Positions 9,667-20,104 are shown, numbered from the stretch's first letter. The stretch: DNA of 64,000 nucleotides from Desulfatiglandales bacterium (GCA_963667015.2 CAXXJJ010000001.1:1184001-1248000), one strand, 5' to 3'. Numbers and translations: made by a program. The notes: a model not told the origin generated them from the letters alone.

Positions 9667-10032
9667 ATGAAAAAAGCACTATTACTCACTCTTATGGTCC
9701 TGCTTGCAGGAACTTTTCTATCAGGCTGCATGATAAATCACAGATCCCATATATCGGATTCATCATATAATCACCCAATATCCAGTGTGTTGCTTGACAG
9801 CATCGAACCGGGCGTTACAACAAAAGACTGGGTAATAGATAACTTTGGCGAACCGGATAGGGAGAAACACCTTAAGGATGGTGAAGAGGTCCTGATATAT
9901 GAAAACACCAGACACAAATCCAGTGATTTCAGCCTGTTCCTTATTATCGATTCCCATAGTTCAGAGGATATAAAAGAGATACTTTCATTTAAAGTAAAAG
10001 ACGGGAAAGTAGAAAGCTATTCGCTTAACTGA
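9667..10032 (+). CDS. Lipoprotein, SmpA/BamE-like
   Basis: Lipobox LSGC; IEPGVTTKDWVIDNFGEPD pattern. Confidence 0.7.
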   Translation: MKKALLLTLMVLLAGTFLSGCMINHRSHISDSSYNHPISSVLLDSIEPGVTTKDWVIDNFGEPDREKHLKDGEEVLIYENTRHKSSDFSLFLIIDSHSSEDIKEILSFKVKDGKVESYSLN

Positions 10033-10048
10033 TAAAAGTAAAAAAATA

Positions 10049-10435
10049 TCAGTTTGTATCTGTACTGCTGAGCCAGTCGACAGCTTCATCATAACTTCTG
10101 AATACGCTGTGCTTTACAGGATGGTCAATTACCTGGGCCAATGAATCGTACATTCGGCCCAGGCCATATCCAAGGGATGAGGATATGACAAAGGCTGTTT
10201 TGCCATTTTTACGCAGATACCCGAATTCTTTTGCATGAGAAACAATTATCTGCAGATCATTACTCGATAAATCTTTACCGTTGGCAAAGGAAAAATCCCA
10301 AATTATGTTATTTGTGAATTTTTCTTCATAAAACCTGTCTAATTCAAAAATAATCTGATCAACATCAATTTTGCCTGTGACACGGTAAACCGTGATTTCC
10401 CTGTCGGCAATCACTTCTTTCTTGATTTCAGCCAT
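10049..10435 (-). CDS. Hypothetical protein, SpoIIAA/STAS-like
   Basis: IIWDFS...KTAFV...YGLGRMY...FRSYDEAVDWL. Confidence 0.65.
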   Translation of the reverse strand: MAEIKKEVIADREITVYRVTGKIDVDQIIFELDRFYEEKFTNNIIWDFSFANGKDLSSNDLQIIVSHAKEFGYLRKNGKTAFVISSSLGYGLGRMYDSLAQVIDHPVKHSVFRSYDEAVDWLSSTDTN

Positions 10436-10727
10436 ACATGCTTCCTGAAAAAACCTTTTAGCAATCTCTGCAAGGTATTTAAATCATATTAAAACTTTAT
10501 TATACCACTGAATTATTATTCGGTTGGAGTTCTTAATTCTTTAAGAAAAAAAATTTGTAAATAATACTCTCTCCTGGATGTGCAAAATAGGACTGATAGA
10601 TCATAATTTTGTGTTAATACTTATTGAAATCCCCCTCCTGTGGACGTGATCATGTTACCTGAGTATGCCTAAGCCCTGTGATTTCAAGAAATAACCTAAA
10701 TCTCAAAATACCTGCAGTACCCGTCCA

Positions 10728-10754
10728 TCATGCCAGACTTGATCTGGCATCCAG
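10728..10754. repeat. REP-like palindromic element
   Basis: ATGCCAGA-CTTGA-TCTGGCAT inverted repeat followed by CCAG. Confidence 0.5.
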
Positions 10755-10897
10755 TTATATTAATAACAAAACCCTTGAATCCTTGACTCCTGAAATCCTT
10801 TCTTTTAAATTCAACTTTTTAATCCTTTTTGCCGATCAATAAAAACGTAAAAGGAATATCTGATATGAAACACCAGTTTCATAAAGTGAGGGGCAAA

Positions 10898-11212
10898 ATG
10901 AGAAGTTTAAAAATAATTCTACTGCTGATAATCGGTTTTATGATTGTTTTTCCAACCTCCCTGTCTGCGGAACTGTCTACTGCCCAGTTTGAAATCATTA
11001 AAATAGCCTTTATGAATGGATATTCAAATGCAGTCCAGGCTGATATTAATACATTAAAGTTACTGCAGCAGGATCGGGAAAAACTTAAAAAGTTTTCTCA
11101 GGCTGCTGTAGATAAATATATGCAAAAGGTAACTATATTAAACAGGGATGACCGAAAAGGAATAAATAAAAAACAGCCTAAACAATATGGTTCAAACTCA
11201 ATGACGTTATAG
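10898..11212 (+). CDS. Small secreted helical protein (paralog 1)
   Basis: Signal peptide; SAELSTAQFEIIKIAFMNGYSNAVQAD nearly identical in the next gene. Confidence 0.75.
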   Translation: MRSLKIILLLIIGFMIVFPTSLSAELSTAQFEIIKIAFMNGYSNAVQADINTLKLLQQDREKLKKFSQAAVDKYMQKVTILNRDDRKGINKKQPKQYGSNSMTL

Positions 11213-11447
11213 CAGGTTTCCGCGCCTCATATTAGTAAAAGCCGTATCTCATTTCATCTGATTTTCTTCGTTTTCAATTTCCATACGCTTTATCTGTTTC
11301 TGTTAATACATCTGATTTTTCAAAAATAAAACTCCTTCTCCATAAAGGATCATTAGATTTAAACACCCTTTTTGTCTTTCTCTGAGATGTCCGGGGAATC
11401 AGAGAGTTTAAGGTTTTAGGGATTCAGGTCTTAACAGGAGTAAAAAC

Positions 11448-11753
11448 ATGGGAAAAATAAAATTACTGACAGTCTTTGTAATTGCTTTTTTAATAATCTT
11501 CCCATCTGCATTATCCGCAGAATTATCTACCGCCCAGTTTGAGATTATCAGGATTGCATATATGAACGGTTATTCAAATGCAATGCAGGCCGATCTGGAT
11601 ACAATCAGGGCACTGAAGGAAGACCAGTCAAAATTAAAGAAACATGCCCTGGTTGCTGTAAACGGTTATATGGAAAAGGTCAGGTTAATGAATCAGGATG
11701 AAAGGGTTGCCAGAAATAAAAAGAGCTCTTCATACAGCGACTTGTCTTTATAG
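11448..11753 (+). CDS. Small secreted helical protein (paralog 2)
   Basis: Signal peptide; SAELSTAQFEIIRIAYMNGYSNAMQAD; AGGAG RBS. Confidence 0.8.
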   Translation: MGKIKLLTVFVIAFLIIFPSALSAELSTAQFEIIRIAYMNGYSNAMQADLDTIRALKEDQSKLKKHALVAVNGYMEKVRLMNQDERVARNKKSSSYSDLSL

Positions 11754-12062
11754 GTTTTATTGCGTTTTTTATTAGGCAGCGGGATAGCCTTTTTGTAATC
11801 TGACGCCATGTTCCGCACCTGTAACAAGAGCAATGGCGCAGTTTAAAGGGTGGCACTTTATGTGCCACCCTGTAACCTTGATATAAAACCTTTCGTTGAA
11901 TCCTGAATCTGAATCGGGGCGGTTGTTGAATTTGAATTGAATCGGGGTCGGACCAAGACAACCACTTGATATAAAAATAAAAAAGTAATAAAATAGCCCT
12001 GTTTTAAGGCTTAAACCATCCTTTTTGACTATAAAAATAACCATTTAAACTTTTACTGAAAA

Positions 12063-12218
12063 ATGCCAAGAGCTAACAGAAACTACATCTCTGGATATGT
12101 ATGGCATATTACTCACAGATGCTATAAAAAAGAGTTTCTCTTGAAATTTAATTTGGATTTAAATTTGATTGATTTGTTAAAGAAGGGATTAAGGGAACTT
12201 GACAATAATACAGTGTGA
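12063..12218 (+). pseudogene. N-terminal relic of a REP-associated tyrosine (RAYT/Y1) transposase
   Basis: MPRANRNYISGYVWHITHRCYKKEFLLKF, then degenerates before the HUH motif. Confidence 0.65.
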
Positions 12219-12227
12219 CTGCATAAT
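12199..12227 (+). promoter_or_regulatory. sigma70 promoter of the TA operon
   Basis: TTGACA-N17-CATAAT. Confidence 0.7.
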
Positions 12228-12260
12228 GGTTCCATATCGAAACCGTTAGGAGGTGATGAT

Positions 12261-12503
12261 GTGGCAACAGTAACAATTAAAAACATACCCGATGAGCTTT
12301 ATAAACGACTTAAGACAGTTGCTGAAATTAATAGGCGATCCATAAACAGCGAAATTATAATGTGCATTGAAAATTCTATTACAAGTCAAAGAATAAACCT
12401 TGATGAGATGCTTGAAAATGTTCGACAACTTCGTCAATTGACATCCGGGCATATGATTAGTGATGAGGCTTTCAACCAGGCAAAGGCAGAAGGCAGGCTA
12501 TGA
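12261..12503 (+). CDS. Arc/FitA-like ribbon-helix-helix antitoxin
   Basis: TVTIKNIPDELYKRLK..AEINRRSINSEI; overlaps the PIN toxin gene. Confidence 0.88.
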   Translation: MATVTIKNIPDELYKRLKTVAEINRRSINSEIIMCIENSITSQRINLDEMLENVRQLRQLTSGHMISDEAFNQAKAEGRL

Positions 12504-12901
12504 TTGTTGTTGATACAAATGTTATCGGTTATCTTTTCCTGTCAAGTGACCAGTCCTTATCAGCTGAACGTGCTTTACAAAAAGATATTGAATGGGCTGC
12601 ACCGGTTTTATGGCGTAGTGAATTTCGAAATGTCCTGGCTTTTTATATGCGAAAAAATATCATTGATTTGCAGCAAGCCCAGATCATTATGAATAGCGCA
12701 TTGAAATTACTAAAGGAGCGAGAATATCATGTACCATCATCTGAGGTTTTAAGACTTGCCTCAGAGTCTAAATGTTCTGCGTATGATTGTGAATTTATTG
12801 CGGTTGCAAATGATCTTAAAGTTCCTTTAATAACTGTAGATAAGCAACTACTGCGTGCGTTCCCTTCAGTGGCTGTATCATTGAGCACCTTTAGTAAATA
12901 A
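12500..12901 (+). CDS. vapC: VapC family PIN-domain toxin
   Basis: MIVVDTNV, SEFRNVL, SAYDCEF, LITVDKQL. Confidence 0.9.
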   Translation: MIVVDTNVIGYLFLSSDQSLSAERALQKDIEWAAPVLWRSEFRNVLAFYMRKNIIDLQQAQIIMNSALKLLKEREYHVPSSEVLRLASESKCSAYDCEFIAVANDLKVPLITVDKQLLRAFPSVAVSLSTFSK

Positions 12902-13009
12902 TTAAACAACAATTGTCCGCCTCTGGTGAAATATATTGAAAGAAGCATCCAAAAACATATTATTCAAAAAGCATCAAATCTTTAAAACCAGTAATTGAAA
13001 CTAAGCAGA

Positions 13010-13197
13010 GACTATAAGAAGATAAACGGCATTCTTTTCCATATAAAGTAATAGATTTTACTAACGATCAGAAGCAATTTGAAACAATAATAGAAAAAAT
13101 TGAGCTGAATATTGAAATGCCTGAAGGTATTTTTGACATACCTGAAGAGGTAAAGACGACTATGAATAAAAACAAAACAGAACCTCACGCTCAATAG
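13010..13197 (+). pseudogene. C-terminal relic of a LolA-like/outer-membrane lipoprotein-sorting protein, frameshifted
   Basis: DYKKINGILF then shifted frame FPYKVIDF...IEKIELNIEMPEGIFDIP. Confidence 0.4.
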
Positions 13198-13314
13198 TGA
13201 CAAACTACTATCCTCCCGAATCAATCTTTGTTGGTTTGTGATATTCGGTGCTTCAACAACCTTTTAATGGTATGCGCCGCCGCGTGAATGCTAGCTACAG
13301 CGTGTGGATAAAAA

Positions 13315-13857
13315 ATGAAAATTATATACACAATTTTTATTATTGTTATAGCTATCACAATTCATATTCAAAATGTTTGTGCGGAAGAATTATCTGCAAA
13401 AGTTATACTGGAGGATATAAAGGATTTAGGGGCTAAAAAAGTATGCATATCATTATATGATGATGAAAAGAAATGGCATGACCTCTTGAGAAATATTGCA
13501 TCAGGCGATAAAGAATGGCTTAAAGTAGCATTTAGCCTGCGAGAAGGCTCAGATGCCGGAGCAAGTGAAATGCTTATCCTGGCTGTAGGTGAGGCACTTG
13601 AACATAATCCTGAAAATGTCTTCAAATTCACATTAGACAGTTTCATATTAAATCAAATATGTGGCGGACCCGATGTTGATGATATAAGGTATAATTCATA
13701 CGAGCTATCAATAGAAGCTGTAAATAAGCGGATTGAAAAAGTGTCATCAGTCAAAGATGAAAATCTTAAAGAAAAATGTGATGAATGCCTACGGCATTTA
13801 TCAGACGCTAAAAAACATATAGCAAACTTTTATCAAATTAATAAACAGGGTTCTTAG
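13315..13857 (+). CDS. Secreted hypothetical protein
   Basis: Signal peptide; IASGDKEWL...SDAGASE; AT-rich ORF. Confidence 0.7.
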   Translation: MKIIYTIFIIVIAITIHIQNVCAEELSAKVILEDIKDLGAKKVCISLYDDEKKWHDLLRNIASGDKEWLKVAFSLREGSDAGASEMLILAVGEALEHNPENVFKFTLDSFILNQICGGPDVDDIRYNSYELSIEAVNKRIEKVSSVKDENLKEKCDECLRHLSDAKKHIANFYQINKQGS

Positions 13858-13900
13858 AATTACAAAACCAGTATCTAAAAACTATGGTGTCGCATCTTGA

Positions 13901-15616
13901 CGGGCTGTTGCCCAAATAATTAAACTCATATGATTTCACAAAATCTGTAAGCTGTAACAATTATTAGCATCTTTAAATTATCAATATATATTAATATATC
14001 GTTATAATATACTTTAACATTGATAAATCGCTCTAAAAATGTATAATAATGGCAAGTCCAATTCAAGGAGCCTCGCCATGATGGGTCAGCAAAATGGCTT
14101 TCAAGAAAAGCTTTTTATCACAGGATTCAACCTGGATAAGCGTATTCCTGAGAACCATATTCTACGTAAAATATCTGAAACAATTGATTTCGATTTTATA
14201 TACAGGGAAGTAAAACATACATACGGAGCGAAAGGTAATGTATCTGTCCCTCCTCCTGTTATACTAAAATTGATGCTTCTTTTGTTCCTCTTCAATGTAA
14301 GGTCCGAACGCGAGTTGATGACTACCTTGCCGTTAAGACTCGATTGGTTATGGTTTCTTGGTTACGACATTGAGGATGATATCCCGAACCATAGTGTATT
14401 AAGTAAAGCCCGGACTCGATGGGGCGTTCATGCTTTCAGAAGATTCTTCGACATTATTCTTCAGCAATGTGTTGAAGCCGGCCTCATTGATGGTAATAAA
14501 GCATTTATTGATTCAAGTCTTGTAGATGCTGATGCCTCAAACAACTCCGTTGTTAACATGCATGACATTAAAAGGTATTTAAAGAAAAGCTATCGTCTCC
14601 TTGAAGAACGCCTGGATGATTTTAGAGGCCAGAAGAGTACACTCATAAATAAGAAGCATGTATCAACTACTGATCCTGATGCCTCAGTAACCAGGTATGG
14701 TAACAGCAGACCAAAGTTACGTTATAAGACACATCGTGTGGTTGATGAGAAGAATGAAATAATTACAGCAACCAAAGTAACTCCGGGATCAGTTGATGAT
14801 GGAGCAGCACTTAAAGAGATGATTGATATCCATCAGCAAAATACTGGTACAAAACCAGAAGCTATTGTGGCTGATACCAAATATGGCACGATAGATAACT
14901 ACCTCCATTATCATGACCAAGGTATTAAAACACATATTCCATCTGTTGAAGAGAGCCACAGGGGTTCTGGCAGCAAGGAAGGGATATTTACAAAGGAAGA
15001 ATTTACCTATGACCATGATAATGACATTTTTATCTGCCCTGCCGGAGAAACCCTGACAAAGCGAAAGTTTAGAAAGGACCGGAAGCATTATGAATATATA
15101 GCTCCGGCCAGAAAATGTAAAAATTGTGAGATAAAAGAAAAGTGCACCAGATCAAAGTCAGGACGGACACTTAAAAGGCATGAACGCCAGGATGAACTTG
15201 ATCTGATTTTAGAGCATACAAAGAGCAAAGAATGTAAGAAGGATTTAAAGACCAGGCAGCACTTATCAGAGCGTTCTTTTGCCAGATCAACACGACATGG
15301 TTTTAAAAGGGCAAGGTGGCGTAATCTCTGGCGTATGGAGGTACAGGACTATCTGATTGCCGCCATACAGAATATATTGATACTGGTCAACATGCCAAAG
15401 GATAATAAATCCAAGAGTAACGTTCAAGGCGGCAGAAAAGATATTGTACGTAACACTCAAAGGCTCATATTTTACAGCTATGAGCGGTTTTTTTCGCTCT
15501 TATTAATGTTTTCCGGTTTATTCACCCTCGGTGCGTTTCGGCTAGATGATGAAAAACAATAAGTTCCTTATATAAAACTATGCAAACGGCGGAAACACTC
15601 TTTGGGCAACAGCCCG
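13901..15616 (+). mobile_element. IS1182-family insertion sequence, intact
   Basis: 16-bp perfect terminal IR CGGGCTGTTGCCCAAA / TTTGGGCAACAGCCCG; TTGA direct repeat at 13897-13900 and 15617-15620. Confidence 0.92.
14039..15562 (+). CDS. IS1182-family DDE transposase
   Basis: DUF772-like N-terminus (PPPVILK...SERELM...PNHSVLS), IDSSLVDADAS, TTDPDA, ADTKYG, ICPAG..C..C...C, ERSFA. Confidence 0.92.
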   Translation: MYNNGKSNSRSLAMMGQQNGFQEKLFITGFNLDKRIPENHILRKISETIDFDFIYREVKHTYGAKGNVSVPPPVILKLMLLLFLFNVRSERELMTTLPLRLDWLWFLGYDIEDDIPNHSVLSKARTRWGVHAFRRFFDIILQQCVEAGLIDGNKAFIDSSLVDADASNNSVVNMHDIKRYLKKSYRLLEERLDDFRGQKSTLINKKHVSTTDPDASVTRYGNSRPKLRYKTHRVVDEKNEIITATKVTPGSVDDGAALKEMIDIHQQNTGTKPEAIVADTKYGTIDNYLHYHDQGIKTHIPSVEESHRGSGSKEGIFTKEEFTYDHDNDIFICPAGETLTKRKFRKDRKHYEYIAPARKCKNCEIKEKCTRSKSGRTLKRHERQDELDLILEHTKSKECKKDLKTRQHLSERSFARSTRHGFKRARWRNLWRMEVQDYLIAAIQNILILVNMPKDNKSKSNVQGGRKDIVRNTQRLIFYSYERFFSLLLMFSGLFTLGAFRLDDEKQ

Positions 15617-15733
15617 TTGATATTTGACAGATTCATGGCTTTTGGGATCGTTTCCCTTTAGTTCGTTTATGTCAGAAGGCCCAGACCCGACAGTTATAGT
15701 TTGCCTTGTACCTATTTTTTTAATTGAGGAGCA

Positions 15734-16159
15734 ATGGAATTTCGACAGGGAACAGAAGAAGACTCGTATGCTATTAAGGCGATTGACTCAGCTATCAATT
15801 CTGTACTTAATCGCTCAGAATTTATCGATTCATCACTCAAGCAAGGTACTGTTCAGGTGGTCCTAGATGACGGAGAAGTGGTGGGATATTTTGTAGTGAA
15901 CCGCTCCTTCTTTGATAGACCAACGCTTGAGATGTTAATGGTTGCCGAAAGTCGGCGCGGGAGTGGAATTGGGAGAGAATTACTTCGAAGGGCACAAGCC
16001 ATTGTTGGCACAGGGAAGGAGCTCTGGACATCAACCAATGAATCCAACTCTTTAATGCAGGCTTTACTGGCGTCAGAAGGTTTCAAACAAACTGGAAGGA
16101 TTGAAAATTTAGATCCGGATGATCCAGAGATAGTATATTACAAACCAGTTACTGCATAA
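15734..16159 (+). CDS. GNAT family acetyltransferase
   Basis: VAESRRGSGIG acetyl-CoA motif, TSTNESN. Confidence 0.88.
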   Translation: MEFRQGTEEDSYAIKAIDSAINSVLNRSEFIDSSLKQGTVQVVLDDGEVVGYFVVNRSFFDRPTLEMLMVAESRRGSGIGRELLRRAQAIVGTGKELWTSTNESNSLMQALLASEGFKQTGRIENLDPDDPEIVYYKPVTA

Positions 16160-16223
16160 CAAAGAAGGTAAATCTTTAAAAGAACTACAGAATATATAAC
16201 CTGGAGTTATCAGGAAGAAAGAA

Positions 16224-16949
16224 ATGTCCGAAAATATTTTACCCACTATTTATCCACGTTTGATTAGAAGAGTGCAGGCGTGTATCATCGATTCATTTAT
16301 TTTTGTATTTGTCCTGGTTGGATTATTCCTGCTGGTTACCACTTTTGCATTTGAACCGGTCTGGGTAAGGATAACTGTCGTTATGGTGCCTGTACTCTTT
16401 TTTGAACCTGTTCTGGTTTCATGTACAGGCGGGACAATAGGCCATCACCTTTTAAAGCTTAAGGTCCAGGATGTCAGCAATAGCAGGAATATCAATATAT
16501 TTTTTGCATTTATAAGATTCATACTGAAAACTTTGCTGGGTACAGTTTCTTTAATGTTTGTACTTACTACACGAAAGCACCAGGCAATTCATGACTTTTG
16601 TGCAAATTCAATCGTAGCATATAAAAACCCGAAACAGGTTTCTGAGTACGAGGCATTAGCTGAAAGGGTAATCGAGGAAGAAGGTTATATTTACCCTTCC
16701 AGGTTTCGAAGAGTCTCTGTGATAATTTTTTATAATATTCTGTTGTTCATCCTGATAGCGTTTCTTTCCGGTTTCCTGTTGTCTGAAAGATGTATTGAAA
16801 ACAATAAATGTTCACCTGTTGAAACGGCTATTTCAATTGGCATTAGTATTATATGGATCATTTCTGCTGCATTAATACTTGTAGGTGGCTGGAAGTCTTT
16901 ATTATTTGGATGCAAAAGGAAGAAGATCGAAACACCGAAAATTATATAA
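16224..16949 (+). CDS. RDD family membrane protein
   Basis: RRVQACIID, GGTIGH, QAIHD. Confidence 0.85.
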   Translation: MSENILPTIYPRLIRRVQACIIDSFIFVFVLVGLFLLVTTFAFEPVWVRITVVMVPVLFFEPVLVSCTGGTIGHHLLKLKVQDVSNSRNINIFFAFIRFILKTLLGTVSLMFVLTTRKHQAIHDFCANSIVAYKNPKQVSEYEALAERVIEEEGYIYPSRFRRVSVIIFYNILLFILIAFLSGFLLSERCIENNKCSPVETAISIGISIIWIISAALILVGGWKSLLFGCKRKKIETPKII

Positions 16950-17016
16950 CCATCTGCTTTGGGCAACAACGTTAAAATATGGTTGCCCCTGGCAGAACGC
17001 TTTGCAGGGAAGAGAG

Positions 17017-17859
17017 ATGAAAAGAGACAAAAAATCGCAATCACCACTGCCGGAGGATGTGATAACCCATTATGCCTCTGGGTACGAAGAAAACCGGCTG
17101 GATATCGGTGGCGGTAAAATTGAGCGGGCACGTACCCGTGAGATGCTTGAACGCTTCCTTCCTCCGGCTCCGGCGACTGTTATTGATATTGGCGGCGGGA
17201 CAGGAAAGCATGCCCTGTGGCTTGCCCGGCGAGGTTACAGGGTCCATCTGATTGACATTGTCCCACTTCATATCGAACTGGCAAGGCAGGAATCAATGCA
17301 GCAGCCGGAACATCAGCTCGCAGGTGCAGAGGTCGGTGATGCCTGTTCACTTGAGAGAGATGACAGCAGCGTTGACGCGGCCCTGCTGTTAGGGCCGTTA
17401 TACCATCTTACCGATAAGCGGGATCGATTAAGGGCATTATCAGAAGCTTACAGGGTTTTAAAAACAGGTGGTGTTCTCTTGGCTGTCGGCATATCACGCT
17501 TTGCATCAACTCTTGACGGATTGCACTCGGGATATCTTAAAGATCCGAGATTTGTTGAAATTGTGAATGGAGATCTTAAAAACGGGCTTCATCAAAATCC
17601 TACAGACAATCCGAATTATTTTATGGATACCTTCTTTCACCACCCGGATGAACTGAAGGCCGAGGTAAGTGAGGCAGGATTTTCAGACACCAGGGTTTAT
17701 GGCCTGGAAGGGCCTTCCTGGCTGGCGCCTGATGTTGACGAGTGGTGGGAAGATGAAACGCAGCGCAATGTGCTTCTCGGGATCGCAAGAGCACTGGAAT
17801 CGGAACCGGCTCTTTTAGGAGTCAGTTCACATCTGATGGCTGTTGGTGTTAAACCATAA
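17017..17859 (+). CDS. Class I SAM-dependent methyltransferase
   Basis: VIDIGGGTG, LLLGPLYHL, LKTGG. Confidence 0.88.
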   Translation: MKRDKKSQSPLPEDVITHYASGYEENRLDIGGGKIERARTREMLERFLPPAPATVIDIGGGTGKHALWLARRGYRVHLIDIVPLHIELARQESMQQPEHQLAGAEVGDACSLERDDSSVDAALLLGPLYHLTDKRDRLRALSEAYRVLKTGGVLLAVGISRFASTLDGLHSGYLKDPRFVEIVNGDLKNGLHQNPTDNPNYFMDTFFHHPDELKAEVSEAGFSDTRVYGLEGPSWLAPDVDEWWEDETQRNVLLGIARALESEPALLGVSSHLMAVGVKP

Positions 17860-17905
17860 GGATAGCATAACCTGTACGTTAATTTAAAAATAAAAGGAAA
17901 AATTT

Positions 17906-18397
17906 ATGAAATCTGAAAATGCAGTACTCGATGATAGACAATCCTGGGATGACTACTTTCTGGAAATAGCTGATTCAGTTTCAAAAAGGGCGACATGTGA
18001 TCGAGGCAAGAGCGGCTGCGTTATAGTAAAAAACAGGCAGGTTCAGGTAACAGGGTTTGTAGGATCACCTGCCGGGTTTGAGCACTGTGATAATATAGGT
18101 CATCAGATTAAACGACTTACACATGAAGATGGAAAGGTTACAGAACATTGCATGAGAACAATTCATGCTGAGCAAAATGCGATTTGTCAGGCCGCGAGAC
18201 AGGGTATTTCAATAGAAGGCTCAACCATTTATACAAGAATGACGCCATGCCGCACATGTGCCATGCTTATCATTAACTGCGGCATCAGACGGGTTGTATG
18301 TGAACGAAGATATCATGCGGGTGAAGAATCTGAGATAATGTTTGAAAAGGCCGGTATAGATCTGGAATTCAAATATAATGAACTTCAAAAATATTAA
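17906..18397 (+). CDS. dCMP deaminase (ComEB-like)
   Basis: WDDYF, RATCDR, HAEQNAI, PCRTC. Confidence 0.9.
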   Translation: MKSENAVLDDRQSWDDYFLEIADSVSKRATCDRGKSGCVIVKNRQVQVTGFVGSPAGFEHCDNIGHQIKRLTHEDGKVTEHCMRTIHAEQNAICQAARQGISIEGSTIYTRMTPCRTCAMLIINCGIRRVVCERRYHAGEESEIMFEKAGIDLEFKYNELQKY

Positions 18398-18426
18398 AAA
18401 TTAACAATCTGTTCCAGGGTATAGCG

Positions 18427-19404
18427 ATGAAAGCTATTGAATACAAAGAATATGGTCCTCCTGAGGTGCTCCGGCTTAACGAGGTAGCAAAGCCCGTTCC
18501 TGAATCCGTTGAAGTGCTGATCAGGGTATATGCAACGACAGTGAACCGAACGGACTGTGCAAGACTCAGAGCAGAACCTTTTATTATGCGTTTTACTACG
18601 GGTCTGCTTAAGCCGAGGAAGTCCATTCCGGGAACCGATTTTGCCGGCAGGGTTGAAGCTGTCGGCAAAAAGGTTAAATCGTTAAAACCCGGAGATGATG
18701 TTTTTGGCTTTGATGATAATGGCGTGGCTTCGCAGGCGCAGTATATGACATTCCCTGCTCATAAAGGTATAGCCACAATGCCGAGTAATCTGTCCTATGA
18801 GGAGGCAGCAGCCTGCCTGGAAGGCTTACATTATGCCTATAACTTTATAAACAAGATAAGCCTTGAACGCGGGCAAAAGGTTCTTGTAAATGGCGCAACC
18901 GGGGCCATTGGTTCAGCGGCGGTGCAGCTTCTGAAATACTTTGGGGCCAGGGTAACCGCGGTATGTTCTGGGGAGAATGAAGGGCTGGTGAGGTCATTGG
19001 GTGCTGATGCAGTGATTGACTATAAAAAAAAGGATTTCACTAAAACCGGAGAAAAGTTTGACTATGTTTTTGATACTGTCGGCAAAAGCACATTTAAGAA
19101 GTGCAAACCTATACTGCGGTCCGGTGGGGCATATATTTCATCGGAACTGGGCTGGATGGCTCAAAATCTCTTACTTACACTCACGACATCCTTCATTGGC
19201 AGCAGAAAGGTCAAATTCCCTTTCCCGCAAAATCATCGGCGCTCGGTTCTTCTCGCCAGGCAGCTTTGTGAGGAGGGCGCATTTAGACCAGTCATAGACA
19301 GGAGATATCCCCTGGAAAAAACAGCGGATGCCTATCGATATGTTGAAAAAGGTCACAAGGTCGGAAATGTAATCATCAATGTTGAGCACGAGGAAGAAGC
19401 ATAA
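18427..19404 (+). CDS. MDR-superfamily NAD(P)-dependent oxidoreductase (quinone-reductase-like)
   Basis: YGPPEVL, PGTDFAG, NGATGAIG, PVIDRRYPL. Confidence 0.88.
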   Translation: MKAIEYKEYGPPEVLRLNEVAKPVPESVEVLIRVYATTVNRTDCARLRAEPFIMRFTTGLLKPRKSIPGTDFAGRVEAVGKKVKSLKPGDDVFGFDDNGVASQAQYMTFPAHKGIATMPSNLSYEEAAACLEGLHYAYNFINKISLERGQKVLVNGATGAIGSAAVQLLKYFGARVTAVCSGENEGLVRSLGADAVIDYKKKDFTKTGEKFDYVFDTVGKSTFKKCKPILRSGGAYISSELGWMAQNLLLTLTTSFIGSRKVKFPFPQNHRRSVLLARQLCEEGAFRPVIDRRYPLEKTADAYRYVEKGHKVGNVIINVEHEEEA

Positions 19405-19436
19405 ATTCATATCATTGAGTAATAAAGGAAGAAAAA

Positions 19437-19949
19437 ATGGAAATATTAATACGACCGCCAGTAATATATCCGATTGGTCTTACTATTTTCTTTTTGGTTG
19501 TTTTTCTGTTCCTGTTTACAAAATTTAATTATGGGAAGCTGCAGAGATATTCAGGGGCAATTGTTGCTGCCGCTATATTTCTATTGCTTTTCGCTATATC
19601 AATCCAAAAAAATACAATTGAGGTCAATGAGTCAGGAATTAAAATGTCGGGGAACCTAAATATTGTCATTCCATGGGATGATATAAAATCAATTAATTAT
19701 CAGAAAAATTACAGGGATGCAGGATATGAACTCGCACATAAGAAATGGGGTGTAAACCCTCCGGGTCACAATGCCGGATACTTTGAACTGTCAAATAAAA
19801 AAATGGCTTACTGCATCGCAAGCGGCTCTGAAGCAGATGCTGTTGTTATCGAAACCCTAAAAGACCTCTATTTATTGTCATTTAATAATGTAGAAGAAGC
19901 TTTTAAGGAAATATCAAAACATACAACGGGAGAGACTGAGCCACTATAG
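19437..19949 (+). CDS. Membrane protein with a bacterial PH-like domain
   Basis: Two TM helices, then IPWDDIKSI...G..AGYFEL. Confidence 0.6.
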   Translation: MEILIRPPVIYPIGLTIFFLVVFLFLFTKFNYGKLQRYSGAIVAAAIFLLLFAISIQKNTIEVNESGIKMSGNLNIVIPWDDIKSINYQKNYRDAGYELAHKKWGVNPPGHNAGYFELSNKKMAYCIASGSEADAVVIETLKDLYLLSFNNVEEAFKEISKHTTGETEPL

Positions 19950-20104
19950 ATTTTGAAAACCTGATAAAATTATATGAAATACAGTACAATGGGCGGATTT
20001 TATAAACTTAAACTTCCCCGCCCAGGCTATTTAACCGGAATTGTGATCCACCTTGCTCCTCATAATACGGCAAACTATTAGTATACTTATCATGGAGACG
20101 TCTT

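Noticed and set aside
11851..11867. TGGCACTTTATGTGC matches the sigma54 GG-N10-GC pattern
   Set aside because: It is the core of a 10-bp inverted repeat, and no gene start follows at a sensible distance
16958..16969. 12-bp match to the IS1182 right end (CTTTGGGCAACA)
   Set aside because: Lacks the terminal GCCCG and a partner end; compatible with chance
17906..18397. dCMP deaminase as an anti-phage dCTP deaminase
   Set aside because: Short ComEB-like single domain lacking the N-terminal kinase-like domain of AvcD-type defence enzymes
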